Shown: positions 1-10,076, counted from the stretch's first letter. The stretch: 39,565 nucleotides of DNA from an uncultured Clostridia bacterium (GCA_947629105.1 CANRCJ010000001.1:1-39565), one strand, 5' to 3'. The notes: generated from the letters alone by a model not told the origin. Translations and numbers: made by a program.

Positions 1-290
1 AAAACATACCGCTCATATCCGTTACACTTCTTGTATCTAAGCTACTTAAGTCTATGCTTGGTAGGCTACTACATCCGAAAAACATATCGTTCATATTTGT
101 TACACTTCTTGTATCTAAGCTACTTAAGTCTATGCTTGGTAGGCTACTACATCTGAAAAACATATCGCTCATATTTGTTACATTTATTGTATCTAAGCTA
201 CTTAAGTCTATGCTTGGTAGGCTACTACATCTGGAAAACATAGCGCTCATATCCGTTACATTTCTTATGTCTAAATTAGCAAAATCTATT
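1..290 (-). repeat. 78-bp tandem repeat, about 3.7 copies (coding, = 26-aa LRR units)
   Basis: The period is exactly 78 bp (register c5/c83/c161/c239). Copies differ at only a few positions. The repeat is in frame with the minus-strand CDS. Confidence 0.9.
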
Positions 291-835
291 TTAGTACAAT
301 TCTCTAATCCATAAAATAGATAACTACATGTATCCGTTCTTGTTCCTTTTGCAATATACACTGATGTTATCTTTTTTGCTAGTTCTTCGTTTATCTCTGG
401 ATCCCATGGTGCATAATCATCTACATACTCGATCGTAGCCTCTTTTCCATTTCTTGGATAAACTATCAGTGTTCCATTTGGTTGTCCTTTTGCATAATAC
501 TTTGCAACTTCCTTGCTTTCTTCATCTGGTTCTGTTTCTCCTACTACAAACCAGCCAATTCCTGTTAACTCTGGCTTAGTTGGAACCTCTGTATTATTTG
601 CTCCTAATATATCTTTTATATTATTTGCAACACTGTCTATATACTCTGTTGTATCCTCCATTATTTTATTTTCATCTATTGTTGCCTGTGCGTACTCCTT
701 TGCTCCTTGTGTTGCAAATTTTATTATTCCTGAATTATATGCTGCACTTATTGATATCGCTACGAGTATAACTAATACTATGATTGTTATTATTAGCGCC
801 ATTAGTGTTATTCCTTCTTCGCTTTTGTTTCTCAT
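1..835 (-). CDS. BspA-like leucine-rich-repeat surface protein (26-residue DUF285/Listeria-lipoprotein-type repeats), N-terminal part; 3' end runs off the window
   Basis: Absent from the ORF track because no stop lies in the window. ATG at 835-833 is preceded by GGAGGA (846-851). My translation is MRNKSEEGITLMALIITIIVLVILVAISISAAYNSG... (pilin-like hydrophobic N-terminus), followed by repeated units ...NVTDMSAMFSRCSSLPSIDLSSLDT / INVTNMSDMFFRCSSLPSIDLSSLDT / RSVTNMNDMFFGCSSLPSIDLSSLDT. No stops in this frame from 835 down to position 2. Confidence 0.8.
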   Translation of the reverse strand, partial: MRNKSEEGITLMALIITIIVLVILVAISISAAYNSGIIKFATQGAKEYAQATIDENKIMEDTTEYIDSVANNIKDILGANNTEVPTKPELTGIGWFVVGETEPDEESKEVAKYYAKGQPNGTLIVYPRNGKEATIEYVDDYAPWDPEINEELAKKITSVYIAKGTRTDTCSYLFYGLENCTKIDFANLDIRNVTDMSAMFSRCSSLPSIDLSSLDTINVTNMSDMFFRCSSLPSIDLSSLDTRSVTNMNDMFFGCSSLPSIDLSSLDTRSVTDMSGMF

Positions 836-865
836 TTTCTTTTTTTCCTCCGTTTTTATTATTTA

Positions 866-894
866 ATTTTAACATTTTATTATTCCTTTTGCAA
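866..894 (-). promoter_or_regulatory. Putative sigma-A promoter of the surface-protein gene
   Basis: On the minus strand: TTGCAA (894-889), 17-nt spacer, TAAAAT (871-866), about 30 nt upstream of the ATG at 835. Confidence 0.4.
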
Positions 895-1110
895 TCGTTT
901 TTTGGTGCTTTTCATATTTTATATCTTTATTTCTTAAATTGCATCATACAAGGCTATAATTGAAATAATTATTGATATAGCTTATAAATTAGCGCAAATT
1001 AAAATAACACAAATACAACATATCTACCTTTCATTACTACAAGATAGACACATTATACTTGTGCTAATATAGTTTATTTTTTTGTATGCTAAATAATCTC
1101 TTAAACTACT

Positions 1111-1141
<31 letters not shown>

Positions 1142-1221
1142 AGCCCCAAGGGTTTTAAGTTTTGTTTCGTTTACCTTCATATTTATTATTCCTCTTTCGA
1201 TTTTTCATTTGTATTATATAG

Positions 1222-1932
1222 CTATTTACTTTGCATGTCAATAGCTTCATACACTCTTTCTTTTTTATTAAAAACATATATTATCAAACCAGCAATTGCA
1301 AAAGTGATTAGATATGTAAGAGCTGCAACTAACCAATTTCCGTCAATTAAATTGCTTCCTGCTATTGTTGAAGAAATTATAGATGGGAATCTAGCAACTA
1401 TCGAAATTACAAAGAACTTTGCAGGCTTTATTGGTAAAAGTCCACTTACATACACAAATAAGTCTTTTGGGCTTGCCGGAATTAAAAATAGAACAAATAA
1501 AATAGTGTAAATTCGTTTTGGATTTTTGAACCATTTACTATTTTCCATCTTTTCTATTTTTTCTTTTTGTACAAAGCTGTATATGAAACTTCTTCCAAAT
1601 TTTCTTACAGCAAAGAATATTATAAATGTGCTAATAAATGCACCTAGTGATACTATAATTAGTCCTCCTATTGGTCCATAAGACATCCCTGCTAAAACTT
1701 CTACTGGCTCTCCAGGAAGAATTGGCAAAAATATTTGTATAACCATTAGTCCAATTATTATTAAAATTCCATCAAATCCTAAGCCCTCAATCTCGGCTTT
1801 TAAATTCATTCTTCCTTCTTCTGTTGATATATTTAAGAAAACTGGAAAAAGTTTAGTTGTTAAAAATGCCATAATCAATATAAATACTATAAACATTACT
1901 ATCTTTAAAATCTTCGTTTCTTTACTTTGCAT
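1222..1932 (-). CDS. TVP38/TMEM64 (DedA/SNARE-associated-like) family membrane protein
   Basis: 236-aa polytopic protein. It has the LPILPGEPVEVLAGMSYG and FLIPASPKDLFVYVSG segments typical of this family. Confidence 0.7.
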   Translation of the reverse strand: MQSKETKILKIVMFIVFILIMAFLTTKLFPVFLNISTEEGRMNLKAEIEGLGFDGILIIIGLMVIQIFLPILPGEPVEVLAGMSYGPIGGLIIVSLGAFISTFIIFFAVRKFGRSFIYSFVQKEKIEKMENSKWFKNPKRIYTILFVLFLIPASPKDLFVYVSGLLPIKPAKFFVISIVARFPSIISSTIAGSNLIDGNWLVAALTYLITFAIAGLIIYVFNKKERVYEAIDMQSK

Positions 1933-1944
1933 ATTTTCCCATCT

Positions 1945-3156
1945 CTATTTATAATCTATTTCTAATATTTTATCTATTGTTACATTTTTTGTATGTTCTA
2001 TTTTCTCCCATTTTGTTTTTTTCTTGAACATTGCAACAACATTTATTGGTATCCAAGATATTATAAATACAGGAAGTGTAAGTATTCCCTTTAAGTATGG
2101 TCTTATTTGTTTTTTGCCCAATTTAACTGCTGAAATAGCTAAAACAATACTTACCAAATACCAAATTAATAAACTAAATATTTTACCTATAAAATTTAAG
2201 TATCCTTCTTGTGCAAAACCAATTATAAAATGTGAAAGATAAGATATTGCTCCTAAACATTGAATAAATGGTGAAAATAAGAATACCATTGAATCAACAC
2301 TTTCAAAATTGTACCTTCCTATTAATTTTTTGAAGTATAATTTAAAGCATTGTATTGTTCCTATTGACCATCTTCTTCTTTGTTTCCATGATTCATTAAA
2401 TACAGTTGGTTGTTCATCATAAGTTATTGCATCTTCAACAAATGCAATTTTTTCATTAAGAATTGCACATCTTACAGTAAGTTCTATATCTTCTGTCATT
2501 GTATTCGCAACATATCCTTTTGTTTCAATGAACTTTTTAGAAATCATAAAACCTGTCCCATTTATAAAGCAAGATTTGTTTATGTTCATTCTTGCAATAT
2601 TTAAAAAGACATTGTTTATCAAATAATATATTGAATAGCATCCAGATATCCATGTATCTGAAATATTTTTACTATCCCTAAATCCTTGTGCTAATTCATA
2701 TCCATTAGATAAAGTATTGCTCATTCTTTCAAGGAATTTAGGATGAACAATATTATCTGCATCAAAAATAACATAAGCTTCATAATCTAGTTCCTTTAGT
2801 TTCTCAAATGCAATTTTAAGTGCCTCTCCTTTAGTATTAACAGTCGTTTCACATTCTAACAAATTGACTTCATTTTGAAGTACAATATCCTTTGTTTTAT
2901 CTGTACAGTTATTGGCAACAACATATATATCATATAACTCTTTTGGATAATCTTGTTTTTTTAAACTTCGAAGTAAATTACCAATAACTTTTTCTTCATT
3001 TCGTGCTGGCACAACAACTGCAAGCTTATGATTTGAATTTATATTTTTAAGCCTTCTTCTTTCTTTAAAAATATATATTCCATTAATTACAAAATATATA
3101 AGATATGTTACAGCAATTATATCTATAAAATTTAACGTTCCCCTTATAAATCCCAT
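1945..3156 (-). CDS. Family 2 glycosyltransferase, processive type (IcaA/PgaC/cellulose-synthase-like)
   Basis: 403 aa. N-terminal TM segment, VVVPARNEE, DAD (IFDADN), TEDIE, the Q-R-R-R-W motif (WKQRRRWSIG) and C-terminal TM helices. Confidence 0.8.
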   Translation of the reverse strand: MGFIRGTLNFIDIIAVTYLIYFVINGIYIFKERRRLKNINSNHKLAVVVPARNEEKVIGNLLRSLKKQDYPKELYDIYVVANNCTDKTKDIVLQNEVNLLECETTVNTKGEALKIAFEKLKELDYEAYVIFDADNIVHPKFLERMSNTLSNGYELAQGFRDSKNISDTWISGCYSIYYLINNVFLNIARMNINKSCFINGTGFMISKKFIETKGYVANTMTEDIELTVRCAILNEKIAFVEDAITYDEQPTVFNESWKQRRRWSIGTIQCFKLYFKKLIGRYNFESVDSMVFLFSPFIQCLGAISYLSHFIIGFAQEGYLNFIGKIFSLLIWYLVSIVLAISAVKLGKKQIRPYLKGILTLPVFIISWIPINVVAMFKKKTKWEKIEHTKNVTIDKILEIDYK

Positions 3157-3447
3157 TTCTTACTCCACTTCTTTTATATATTATATCAAAGAATTATTAA
3201 TAGTAAATAGATATTATATTAAATTTTTCTTAATTTATATTATTTCCTTTTCATCTTTTTTAATAATATTTTTTGAATTTCTTCTAAACACCATGCTATT
3301 CCTATTCTTACATAATAACCTTCATGCTTAATTTTGTCAAGTATTTGTATGACTTTATCTACGTATTTTTCTCATCATACATATTATATTACAAAAAAAT
3401 GTATTAACAAGTACATTTTTTGAAAAAATATATTTATAACACTCCCA

Positions 3448-3476
3448 TTTACATTTTTATGTAAATATGGTATAAT
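3448..3476 (+). promoter_or_regulatory. Strong sigma-A promoter with near-extended -10
   Basis: TTTACA (3448-3453), 17-nt spacer ending in TGG, TATAAT (3471-3476). Confidence 0.6.
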
Positions 3477-3516
3477 ATATTTGTAAAATTCCTTTAAGGA
3501 GGTTTATACACAAAAA

Positions 3517-3825
3517 ATGGGTACCTTATTACAGCAAAAGTTTGATGTGGAGATTGTTCCTCGCGCACTGCATCTTCTCTTTGAAGATGTACATGCATCT
3601 GCTTCTCAAAGGAAAGCATTGAGCGCGTACATCCATGAGAAGTTTGACAGAATTGGGACCTGTGTTTTGTGGGCAAGAAGCTCTGAGCTTTGCGAACTTA
3701 TGGCAGATCTCGGGTTTTCTGTACAAAACACTTTGGGAAACAAAGAGATCATTATCACAAAATGTTCTATTCTGTTTTCTCCCAATTTTTCATCAAGCAT
3801 ACCAAGGAGTATCTACACCGCATAA
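3517..3825 (+). CDS. Orphan 102-aa ORF inside a GC-rich island; could instead be a structured ncRNA (see findings)
   Basis: AAGGAGG lies at 3496-3502, but the spacing to the ATG is 14 nt. Codon usage is G/C-ending (GTG, GAG, CGC, CTG, GCG, GGG), unlike every neighbouring gene. Four other frames are also open for 60-72 codons. I recognise no family. Confidence 0.3.
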   Translation: MGTLLQQKFDVEIVPRALHLLFEDVHASASQRKALSAYIHEKFDRIGTCVLWARSSELCELMADLGFSVQNTLGNKEIIITKCSILFSPNFSSSIPRSIYTA

Positions 3826-3836
3826 CACACCCAAAC

Positions 3837-3875
3837 AAACGAGGTCAGAATAAATTCTGACCTCGTTTGTTTTTT
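3837..3875. terminator. Bidirectional rho-independent terminator (orphan unit on +, carB on -)
   Basis: aaacgaggtcagaat / attctgacctcgttt is a perfect 15-bp stem. It is followed by gtttttt on + and flanked by an A-rich run that gives a T-rich tail on -. Confidence 0.85.
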
Positions 3876-3883
3876 ATTTATCT

Positions 3884-6800
3884 TTATACTTCTGTTATAT
3901 CAACAACTTCAAGTTCTTCTTCAGTTTTAGTATCTTCTATTGCATCATATAAAGCATTGGCAGTATCTAGTGATGTAAAACATGGTATCTTTGATTCAGC
4001 AGCAAGTCTTCTTATCTTAAATCCATCACGATTAGCCTCTTTTCCTCTTGTTGGTGTATTTATTATAAAGTTAATCTTACCTAATTGTAACAAATTTGGT
4101 ATACTTTCTGCTCCTTCCCAAATTTTTTCAACAACTTTTGCATCAATTCCGTTATTTTTAAGTAACATTGCAGTACCTTTTGTTGCATATATATTAAAGC
4201 CCTTATTATATAATTTTTTTGCGATTGGAAGCATTTCTTCTTTATCTTTATCTCTTACAGTTATAAGTACATTACCAGATTTTGGTATGTTTATTCCAGA
4301 AGCTATAAATGCTTTAACTATTGCATCTGAGAAGTTCTTTGCAACTCCTAGTACTTCTCCTGTTGATTTCATTTCAGGTCCCAAGCTTGTATCTGCATTT
4401 TTTATTTTTTCAAATGAGAACACTGGCATTTTTATTGCTATATATTCGCTTCTTTTATATATTCCAGTTCCATATCCAATATCTTTTAGTTTTTCTCCAA
4501 GTATAACCTTTGTTGCAATGTCAATTACTGGAAGATTTGTTACTTTGCTTATATATGGTACAGTTCTACTAGAACGTGGGTTTACTTCGATTATATATAC
4601 TTCTCCTTTTGATATAATAAATTGAATATTAAGCACACCTATAACATGAAGTTCTTTTGCAATTTTTTCTGTATATTCTATTATCTTTTTTTGATGTTCT
4701 TCTGAAATATGTTGTGTTGGATAAACTGAAATACTATCTCCTGAGTGAACTCCTGCTCTTTCTAGGTGCTCCATAATACCTGGAATTAAGATATCTTCTC
4801 CATCACATATTGCATCAACTTCTAGCTCTTTTCCAAGCATATATTTATCTACAAGTATTGGATGCTCTTGCACGGTTTTGTTTATTTCATTTATAAATTC
4901 AGTAATTTCTGCATCATCATAAGCAATAGCCATTCCCTGTCCCCCAAGTACATAAGATGGTCTAACTAAAACTGGATATTCAAGTGCTCTTGCAACTTTG
5001 ATTCCTTCTTCTACTGTATAAACTGTGCTTCCCTTTGGTCTTAAGATTCCACATTTATTTAATGCTTCGTCAAATAACTCTCTATCTTCTGCTCTATCCA
5101 TATCCTCTTCTTGAGTTCCGAGAATTCTAACACCCATATCTTTTAGTGCTCTTGTTAATTTAATTGCAGTCTGTCCTCCAAATTGTACTATTGCACCATA
5201 TGGCTTTTCTACGTTTATTATATTTTCTACATCTTCTGGAGTAAGTGGTTCAAAATATAATTTATCTGCTATATCAAAGTCTGTACTTACTGTTTCTGGG
5301 TTGTTATTTACAATTATTGTCTCATAGCCGTGTTTTTTTAGTGACCATACACAATGTACACTGCAATAGTCAAATTCTATTCCTTGTCCAATTCTTATTG
5401 GTCCTGAGCCAAGAACTACAACCTTCTTTTTATTACTCTTATGATTTGCTTCGTTTTCGTCATCATAGCTTGAATAATAATATGGAGTTTCTGCATCAAA
5501 TTCAGCAGCACATGTATCTACCATCTTGAATGTTGCGACAATACCGTTTTTTTCTCTTCTTTTCTTTATTTCATTTACCGGTATTTTGGTAAGTCTTGAA
5601 ATAACTGCATCTGTATAACCATATTCCTTAGCTTTTCTTAAAATGCCTGTGGTTAGATTCTTTGTCTTTAAAGTATTTTCCATTTGAACAAGATTATTAA
5701 TCTTACTTATAAAGAATGTATCTATTGTAGTTGCTTCATGTATTTGCTCTATTGTTAGTCCTCTTCTTAAATTTTCTGCAATCACCCATAGTGTTTCATT
5801 ATTTACATTTTTTAATTCATTTCTAATTTGTTCATCTGTATAGCTTGCAAACTTTGGTAATACCAAACTATCAACATTTTCTTCAAGTGAACGAATAGCT
5901 TTCATAAGCCCTGCTTCAAGCGTTGGAGCTATCGCCATAACTTCTCCTGTTGCCTTCATTTGAGTTCCAAGTTCACGACTTGCTGTTAAGAATTTGTTAA
6001 ATGGCCATTTTGGTATTTTTACAACAACATAATCAAGTACAGGTTCAAAACAAGCATAAGTTTTTCCTGTTACTGCATTCTTTATTTCATCTAATGTATA
6101 TCCTATTGCAATCTTTGTTGCAACCTTAGCAATAGGATAACCTGTTGCTTTTGATGCAAGTGCTGATGAACGGCTAACTCTTGGGTTAACTTCAATTACT
6201 GCATATTCGAAACTATTTGGGTTTAATGCAAATTGTACATTACATCCACCTTCAATTTTTAGTTCAGATATTATCTTTATTGCAGATGTTCTAAGCATTT
6301 GATATTCTCTATCTGCAAGTGTTTGTGAAGGTGCAACTACTATACTATCTCCTGTATGTACTCCAACTGGATTTATGTTTTCCATATTACATACTGTAAT
6401 ACAGTTGCCCTTAGAGTCCCTTATTACTTCATACTCTATTTCTTTCCAGCCAGAAATACATTTCTCAATTAATACCTGACAAACTCTTGATAAATGTAAA
6501 CCATTAGAGCTTATCTCTCTTAATTGCTCTTCTGTATAGGCAATTCCTCCTCCTGTTCCTCCCAAAGTGTATGCTGGTCTTACTATAACAGGGAGTCCTA
6601 TCTCTCTTGAGAAGCTTACTGCATCTTCTACATTGTTTACTACTTTACTTGCAATACATGGCTCGTTTATTCTTTCCATTGTATCTTTAAATGCTTGTCT
6701 ATCTTCTGCATTTTTAATTCCTTCTGGAGACGTTCCAAGAAGTCTTACATTATTCTTTTTTAAGAATCCTTGTTCTTCTAGCTCCATTGCAATATTTAAT

Positions 6801-7084
6801 CCTGTTTGTCCTCCAAGGTTTGGTAGAATGCTATCTGGTTTTTCTTTCTCAATTATTTTTTCTACTGTTTTTACAGTTAATGGCTCTATATATATCTTAT
6901 CTGCCATATTTTTGTCTGTCATTATTGTTGCAGGGTTTGAATTTACAAGGACAACTTCTAGTCCTTCTTTTTTTAGCTCAACACATGCTTGTGTTCCTGC
7001 ATAATCAAATTCTGCTGCTTGTCCAATTATAATTGGTCCTGAACCTATTACTAATACTTTTTTTATTTTTGTATTTCTTGGCAT
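3884..7084 (-). CDS. carB: Carbamoyl-phosphate synthase large subunit
   Basis: 1066 aa with duplicated ATP-grasp halves (VLVIGSGPIIIGQAAEFDYAGTQA and VVVLGSGPIRIGQGIEFDYC) and a C-terminal MGS-like domain. Confidence 0.97.
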   Translation of the reverse strand: MPRNTKIKKVLVIGSGPIIIGQAAEFDYAGTQACVELKKEGLEVVLVNSNPATIMTDKNMADKIYIEPLTVKTVEKIIEKEKPDSILPNLGGQTGLNIAMELEEQGFLKKNNVRLLGTSPEGIKNAEDRQAFKDTMERINEPCIASKVVNNVEDAVSFSREIGLPVIVRPAYTLGGTGGGIAYTEEQLREISSNGLHLSRVCQVLIEKCISGWKEIEYEVIRDSKGNCITVCNMENINPVGVHTGDSIVVAPSQTLADREYQMLRTSAIKIISELKIEGGCNVQFALNPNSFEYAVIEVNPRVSRSSALASKATGYPIAKVATKIAIGYTLDEIKNAVTGKTYACFEPVLDYVVVKIPKWPFNKFLTASRELGTQMKATGEVMAIAPTLEAGLMKAIRSLEENVDSLVLPKFASYTDEQIRNELKNVNNETLWVIAENLRRGLTIEQIHEATTIDTFFISKINNLVQMENTLKTKNLTTGILRKAKEYGYTDAVISRLTKIPVNEIKKRREKNGIVATFKMVDTCAAEFDAETPYYYSSYDDENEANHKSNKKKVVVLGSGPIRIGQGIEFDYCSVHCVWSLKKHGYETIIVNNNPETVSTDFDIADKLYFEPLTPEDVENIINVEKPYGAIVQFGGQTAIKLTRALKDMGVRILGTQEEDMDRAEDRELFDEALNKCGILRPKGSTVYTVEEGIKVARALEYPVLVRPSYVLGGQGMAIAYDDAEITEFINEINKTVQEHPILVDKYMLGKELEVDAICDGEDILIPGIMEHLERAGVHSGDSISVYPTQHISEEHQKKIIEYTEKIAKELHVIGVLNIQFIISKGEVYIIEVNPRSSRTVPYISKVTNLPVIDIATKVILGEKLKDIGYGTGIYKRSEYIAIKMPVFSFEKIKNADTSLGPEMKSTGEVLGVAKNFSDAIVKAFIASGINIPKSGNVLITVRDKDKEEMLPIAKKLYNKGFNIYATKGTAMLLKNNGIDAKVVEKIWEGAESIPNLLQLGKINFIINTPTRGKEANRDGFKIRRLAAESKIPCFTSLDTANALYDAIEDTKTEEELEVVDITEV

Positions 7085-7108
7085 ATATTTTTCTCCTTTT
7101 AAAATATT

Positions 7109-8174
7109 TTATTTTTTTAACATCTTTAAGAATTCATCAAATATATATGAAGTGTCCTCTGGTCCAGGACATGCTTCTGGGTGGAATTGTACTGTAAATA
7201 TTTTTTTGTTTTTATATTTTATACCTTCAACTGTTCCATCATTTAGGTTTATATGTGATATTTCTGCCTTCTCTTTATCAACAGAATCTTCTTTTACGTA
7301 ATAGCCATGATTTTGTGAAGTGATATATACTCTATCTGTTTTTAAATCTTTTACAGGATGATTTGGTCCTCTATGTCCGTATTTTAATTTTGCAGTTTTT
7401 GCTCCCGTTGCTAGTGCCATTAGTTGGTGTCCTAAGCAAATTCCAAGTATTGGTATTTCTGTTTCATATAGTTTCTTTACTGTTTCTATTCCTATTTTGC
7501 AGTCTTCTGGATCTCCGAGGTCCATTTGATAAAACAATTCCATCTGGATTACAGCTTAAAATATCATCTTTTGAGCTATCTTGTGGATATACATATACTG
7601 TACAGTTTCTTCTTACAAGCTCTCTTATAATATTTTCCTTACATCCAAAATCTAGTAGTGCAATTTTAATATCTCCTTCTCCTTCTATATAAGGTCTCTT
7701 TGTTGATACCATTCCTACTAGATTGCTTGGTTTGTAATTTTTTATTTCTTCAATTATTTTTTCTTTATTTGATATGTCAGATGTAATTTTACCTCTCATT
7801 GTTCCATTATTTCTAAGTATTTTGGTTAATTTTCTAGTATTTACATTTTTAAGTCCAGGAACTTCATTTTCAATTAAATACTCCTCTAAATCTTTTTCTT
7901 TTCTAAAATTACTTGCTGTTTCTGCAAGTTCATGAATAAATATTGCACTTATCCAAATCTTCTTTGATTCCTTGTCCTCTGTAATGACACCATAATTTCC
8001 AATTAATGGATATGTCATTACAACTCCTTGTGAAGCATAAGAAGGGTCTGTGAATACCTTTAAATATCCTGCCATTGATGTATTAAATACAACTTCTAAA
8101 CATGTGTCTTTGTTATAGCCAATTCTTTCTCCTTCAAATATTTCTCCATTTTCTAGTACCAAATAACCTTTCAT
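7109..8174 (-). CDS. carA: Carbamoyl-phosphate synthase small (glutaminase) subunit; needs a +1 shift at in-frame CGG 7515..7517
   Basis: Two overlapping ORFs (7464..8174 and 7109..7543). The junction reads AAT GGA CCT [C]GG AGA. Skipping the C gives LSNGPGDPEDC, followed by ILGICLGHQ, the conserved GATase motifs. Confidence 0.9.
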
Positions 8175-8232
8175 TTTCCTTCCTCTCTCCTAAAATTAGG
8201 CAAAAAAAATTTGTAAGATTTTTTAAACTCCT

Positions 8233-8264
8233 AAAAAAAAGGGACTATCAATAAGTCCCTTTTT
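8233..8264 (-). terminator. tsf terminator
   Basis: On the minus strand: GGGACT..AGTCCC hairpin followed by T8 (plus-strand a-run 8233-8240). Confidence 0.6.
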
Positions 8265-8266
8265 AA

Positions 8267-9148
8267 TTAACCTTTAATTTGCTTTGCAACTTCTTCTGCA
8301 AAGTTTTCTTCTCTTTTTTCTAATCCTTCTCCTCTTTCAATTCTAGCAAATTCAGTAACTTTTGCTCCTTTTGAAGAAAGTAAGTCAGAAACTTTAATAT
8401 TAGGATCTTTAACAAATGGTTGATCCACTAAACATATTTCTCCATAGAATTTTCCAATTCTTCCTTGTACCATTTTTTCTGCAATTTCAGCTGGTTTTCC
8501 TTCATTCATAGCTTGTGCTTTTAGGATTTCCATTTCTTTTGCTACTCTTTCTTGTGGTACTGAATTTCTATCTAGGTATTCTGGACGAGCTGCAGCAATT
8601 TGCATACAAATATCTTTTGCAAGTTCGCTATTTCCACCTTCCATAGAAACAAGAACTCCTATTTTTCCTTCTCCATGTATATATTTCTCAACTAGTCCAT
8701 TAGATGTAAATCTTACAAATCTTCTGATTGACATATTCTCACCAATGGTTGCAATTTTATCAGTAAGAACATCTGATACAGTTTTGCTTGAATCATTTAC
8801 CCATTTTTGTGCTAGTAAATCTTCTACACTTGCTGGATTTTCTTTAACAACTTGAATTGCAACATCATTTGCAAATGTTTTAAATTCTTCGTTTTTAGCA
8901 ACGAAGTCTGTTTCTGCATTAACTTCAACAACTGCACCTGTTTTTCCATCTTCAGATACATAAGCAACTACTAAACCTTCAGCAGCAATTCTGCTTGATT
9001 TTTTAGCTGCTTTTGCAATTCCTCTTTCACGTAAAAGCTCTGCTGCTTTTTCCATGTCACCGTCTGTTTCAGTTAATACTTTCTTGCAGTCCATCATTCC
9101 TGCGCCTGTTTTTTCTCTTAACTCTTTAACTAAACTTGCAGTTACCAT
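8267..9148 (-). CDS. tsf: Elongation factor Ts
   Basis: MVTASLVKELREKTGAGMMDCKKVL..., the canonical EF-Ts N-terminus; 293 aa. Confidence 0.97.
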   Translation of the reverse strand: MVTASLVKELREKTGAGMMDCKKVLTETDGDMEKAAELLRERGIAKAAKKSSRIAAEGLVVAYVSEDGKTGAVVEVNAETDFVAKNEEFKTFANDVAIQVVKENPASVEDLLAQKWVNDSSKTVSDVLTDKIATIGENMSIRRFVRFTSNGLVEKYIHGEGKIGVLVSMEGGNSELAKDICMQIAAARPEYLDRNSVPQERVAKEMEILKAQAMNEGKPAEIAEKMVQGRIGKFYGEICLVDQPFVKDPNIKVSDLLSSKGAKVTEFARIERGEGLEKREENFAEEVAKQIKG

Positions 9149-9173
9149 TTCTATTTTTCCTCCATATTCAAAA

Positions 9174-9968
9174 TTATTCTTCTGTCTTTTCTTCTTGATC
9201 TTGTACAGTTTCAGTAGCTACTTCTGCTACTTCCTCTGTTTTTTCTTCTTGTCCTTCCATCATCTGGTCCTCTATTGACATTACTTCTCCTTGTTTTCCT
9301 TCTATAACAGCGTTAGATATAACTGTTGCTATAAGTTTAACTGAACGTATAGCATCATCATTTCCTGGTATTGGGAAGTCTATGTCTTCTGGGCTACAGT
9401 TTGTATCAACTAAGCCAACTACTGGTATTTTTAACTTTTTAGCTTCTAATATAGCTGTTCTTTCTTTTTTAGGATCAACTATAAATATAACTCCTGGTAA
9501 AGATTCCATGTTCTTGATTCCACCAAGGTTCTTTTCTAGTTTTTCCATTTCTTTTTTTAGACCAATAACTTCTTTTTTTGGTAATACATCAAATGTACCA
9601 TCTTCTTGCATTGTCTCAAGTTTTTTAAGTCTTTGTACTCTTTTTCTAATTGTTCCAAAGTTTGTAAGCATTCCACCTAACCATCTTTGGTCAACATAGA
9701 ACATTTCACAAGCTAAAGCTGCTTCTTTCATGCATTCTTGTGCTTGTTTCTTTGTTCCAACAAATAGAACTGTTTCTCCTTCTTCAGCTTTTTCTTTTAC
9801 GAAAGCGTAAGCTTCATCAATTTTTTTAGATGTCTTTTGTAAATCGATAATGTGGATACCATTTCTAGCTTGATAAATGTATTCAGCCATTTTAGGATCC
9901 CATCTTCTTGTTTGATGTCCAAAATGAACACCAGCTTCAAGTAATTGTTTCATTGCAACTACTGCCAT
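9174..9968 (-). CDS. rpsB: 30S ribosomal protein S2 (acidic C-terminal tail)
   Basis: [27 protein letters not shown]... Confidence 0.97.
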   Translation of the reverse strand: MAVVAMKQLLEAGVHFGHQTRRWDPKMAEYIYQARNGIHIIDLQKTSKKIDEAYAFVKEKAEEGETVLFVGTKKQAQECMKEAALACEMFYVDQRWLGGMLTNFGTIRKRVQRLKKLETMQEDGTFDVLPKKEVIGLKKEMEKLEKNLGGIKNMESLPGVIFIVDPKKERTAILEAKKLKIPVVGLVDTNCSPEDIDFPIPGNDDAIRSVKLIATVISNAVIEGKQGEVMSIEDQMMEGQEEKTEEVAEVATETVQDQEEKTEE

Positions 9969-10076
9969 ATTTTATTCCTCCTTTTAGTTTTAACATCCAT
10001 AAGATTTCAATCACCTGTAAAGACCTTTATAGCACTTTTTACAGATTAGTCTTATGTGTCTAATTTAACCTTATAG

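Noticed and set aside
1-314. Tandem 78-bp repeats considered as a CRISPR array, and the + strand ORF 54..314
   Set aside because: There are no unique spacers; the whole 78-bp unit repeats. The units are in frame with a minus-strand LRR protein. The + ORF is the antisense shadow of that gene.
3243-3375. Possible minus-strand gene remnant (..KVIQILDKIKHEGYYVRIGIAWCLEEIQKILLKKMKRK-stop), reminiscent of a HEAT-like DNA-alkylation-repair C-terminus
   Set aside because: Only about 43 codons are open, with no start or RBS. The similarity is from memory only, which is too weak to annotate. It may simply be intergenic sequence.
3484-3875. The GC-rich island considered as RNase P RNA, tmRNA, SRP RNA or 6S RNA
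   Set aside because: - No GAGGAAAGUCC / ACAGAA P4 elements are present on either strand.
- There is no GGGG...tRNA-like 3' end or ..ALAA tag ORF.
- There is no GGAAGCAGC SRP domain IV motif.
- It is too long for 6S.
- The resemblance to the RNase P CR-I region (AAGGAAAGCAUUGAGCGCG) is too weak.
3867-4625. 252-aa + strand ORF, plus the many other 60-145-aa ORFs antisense to carB, carA, rpsB, tsf, cdsA, rseP, metG and others
   Set aside because: They are low-complexity S/L/F/I-rich shadow ORFs opposite well-supported genes. They lack RBS signals.
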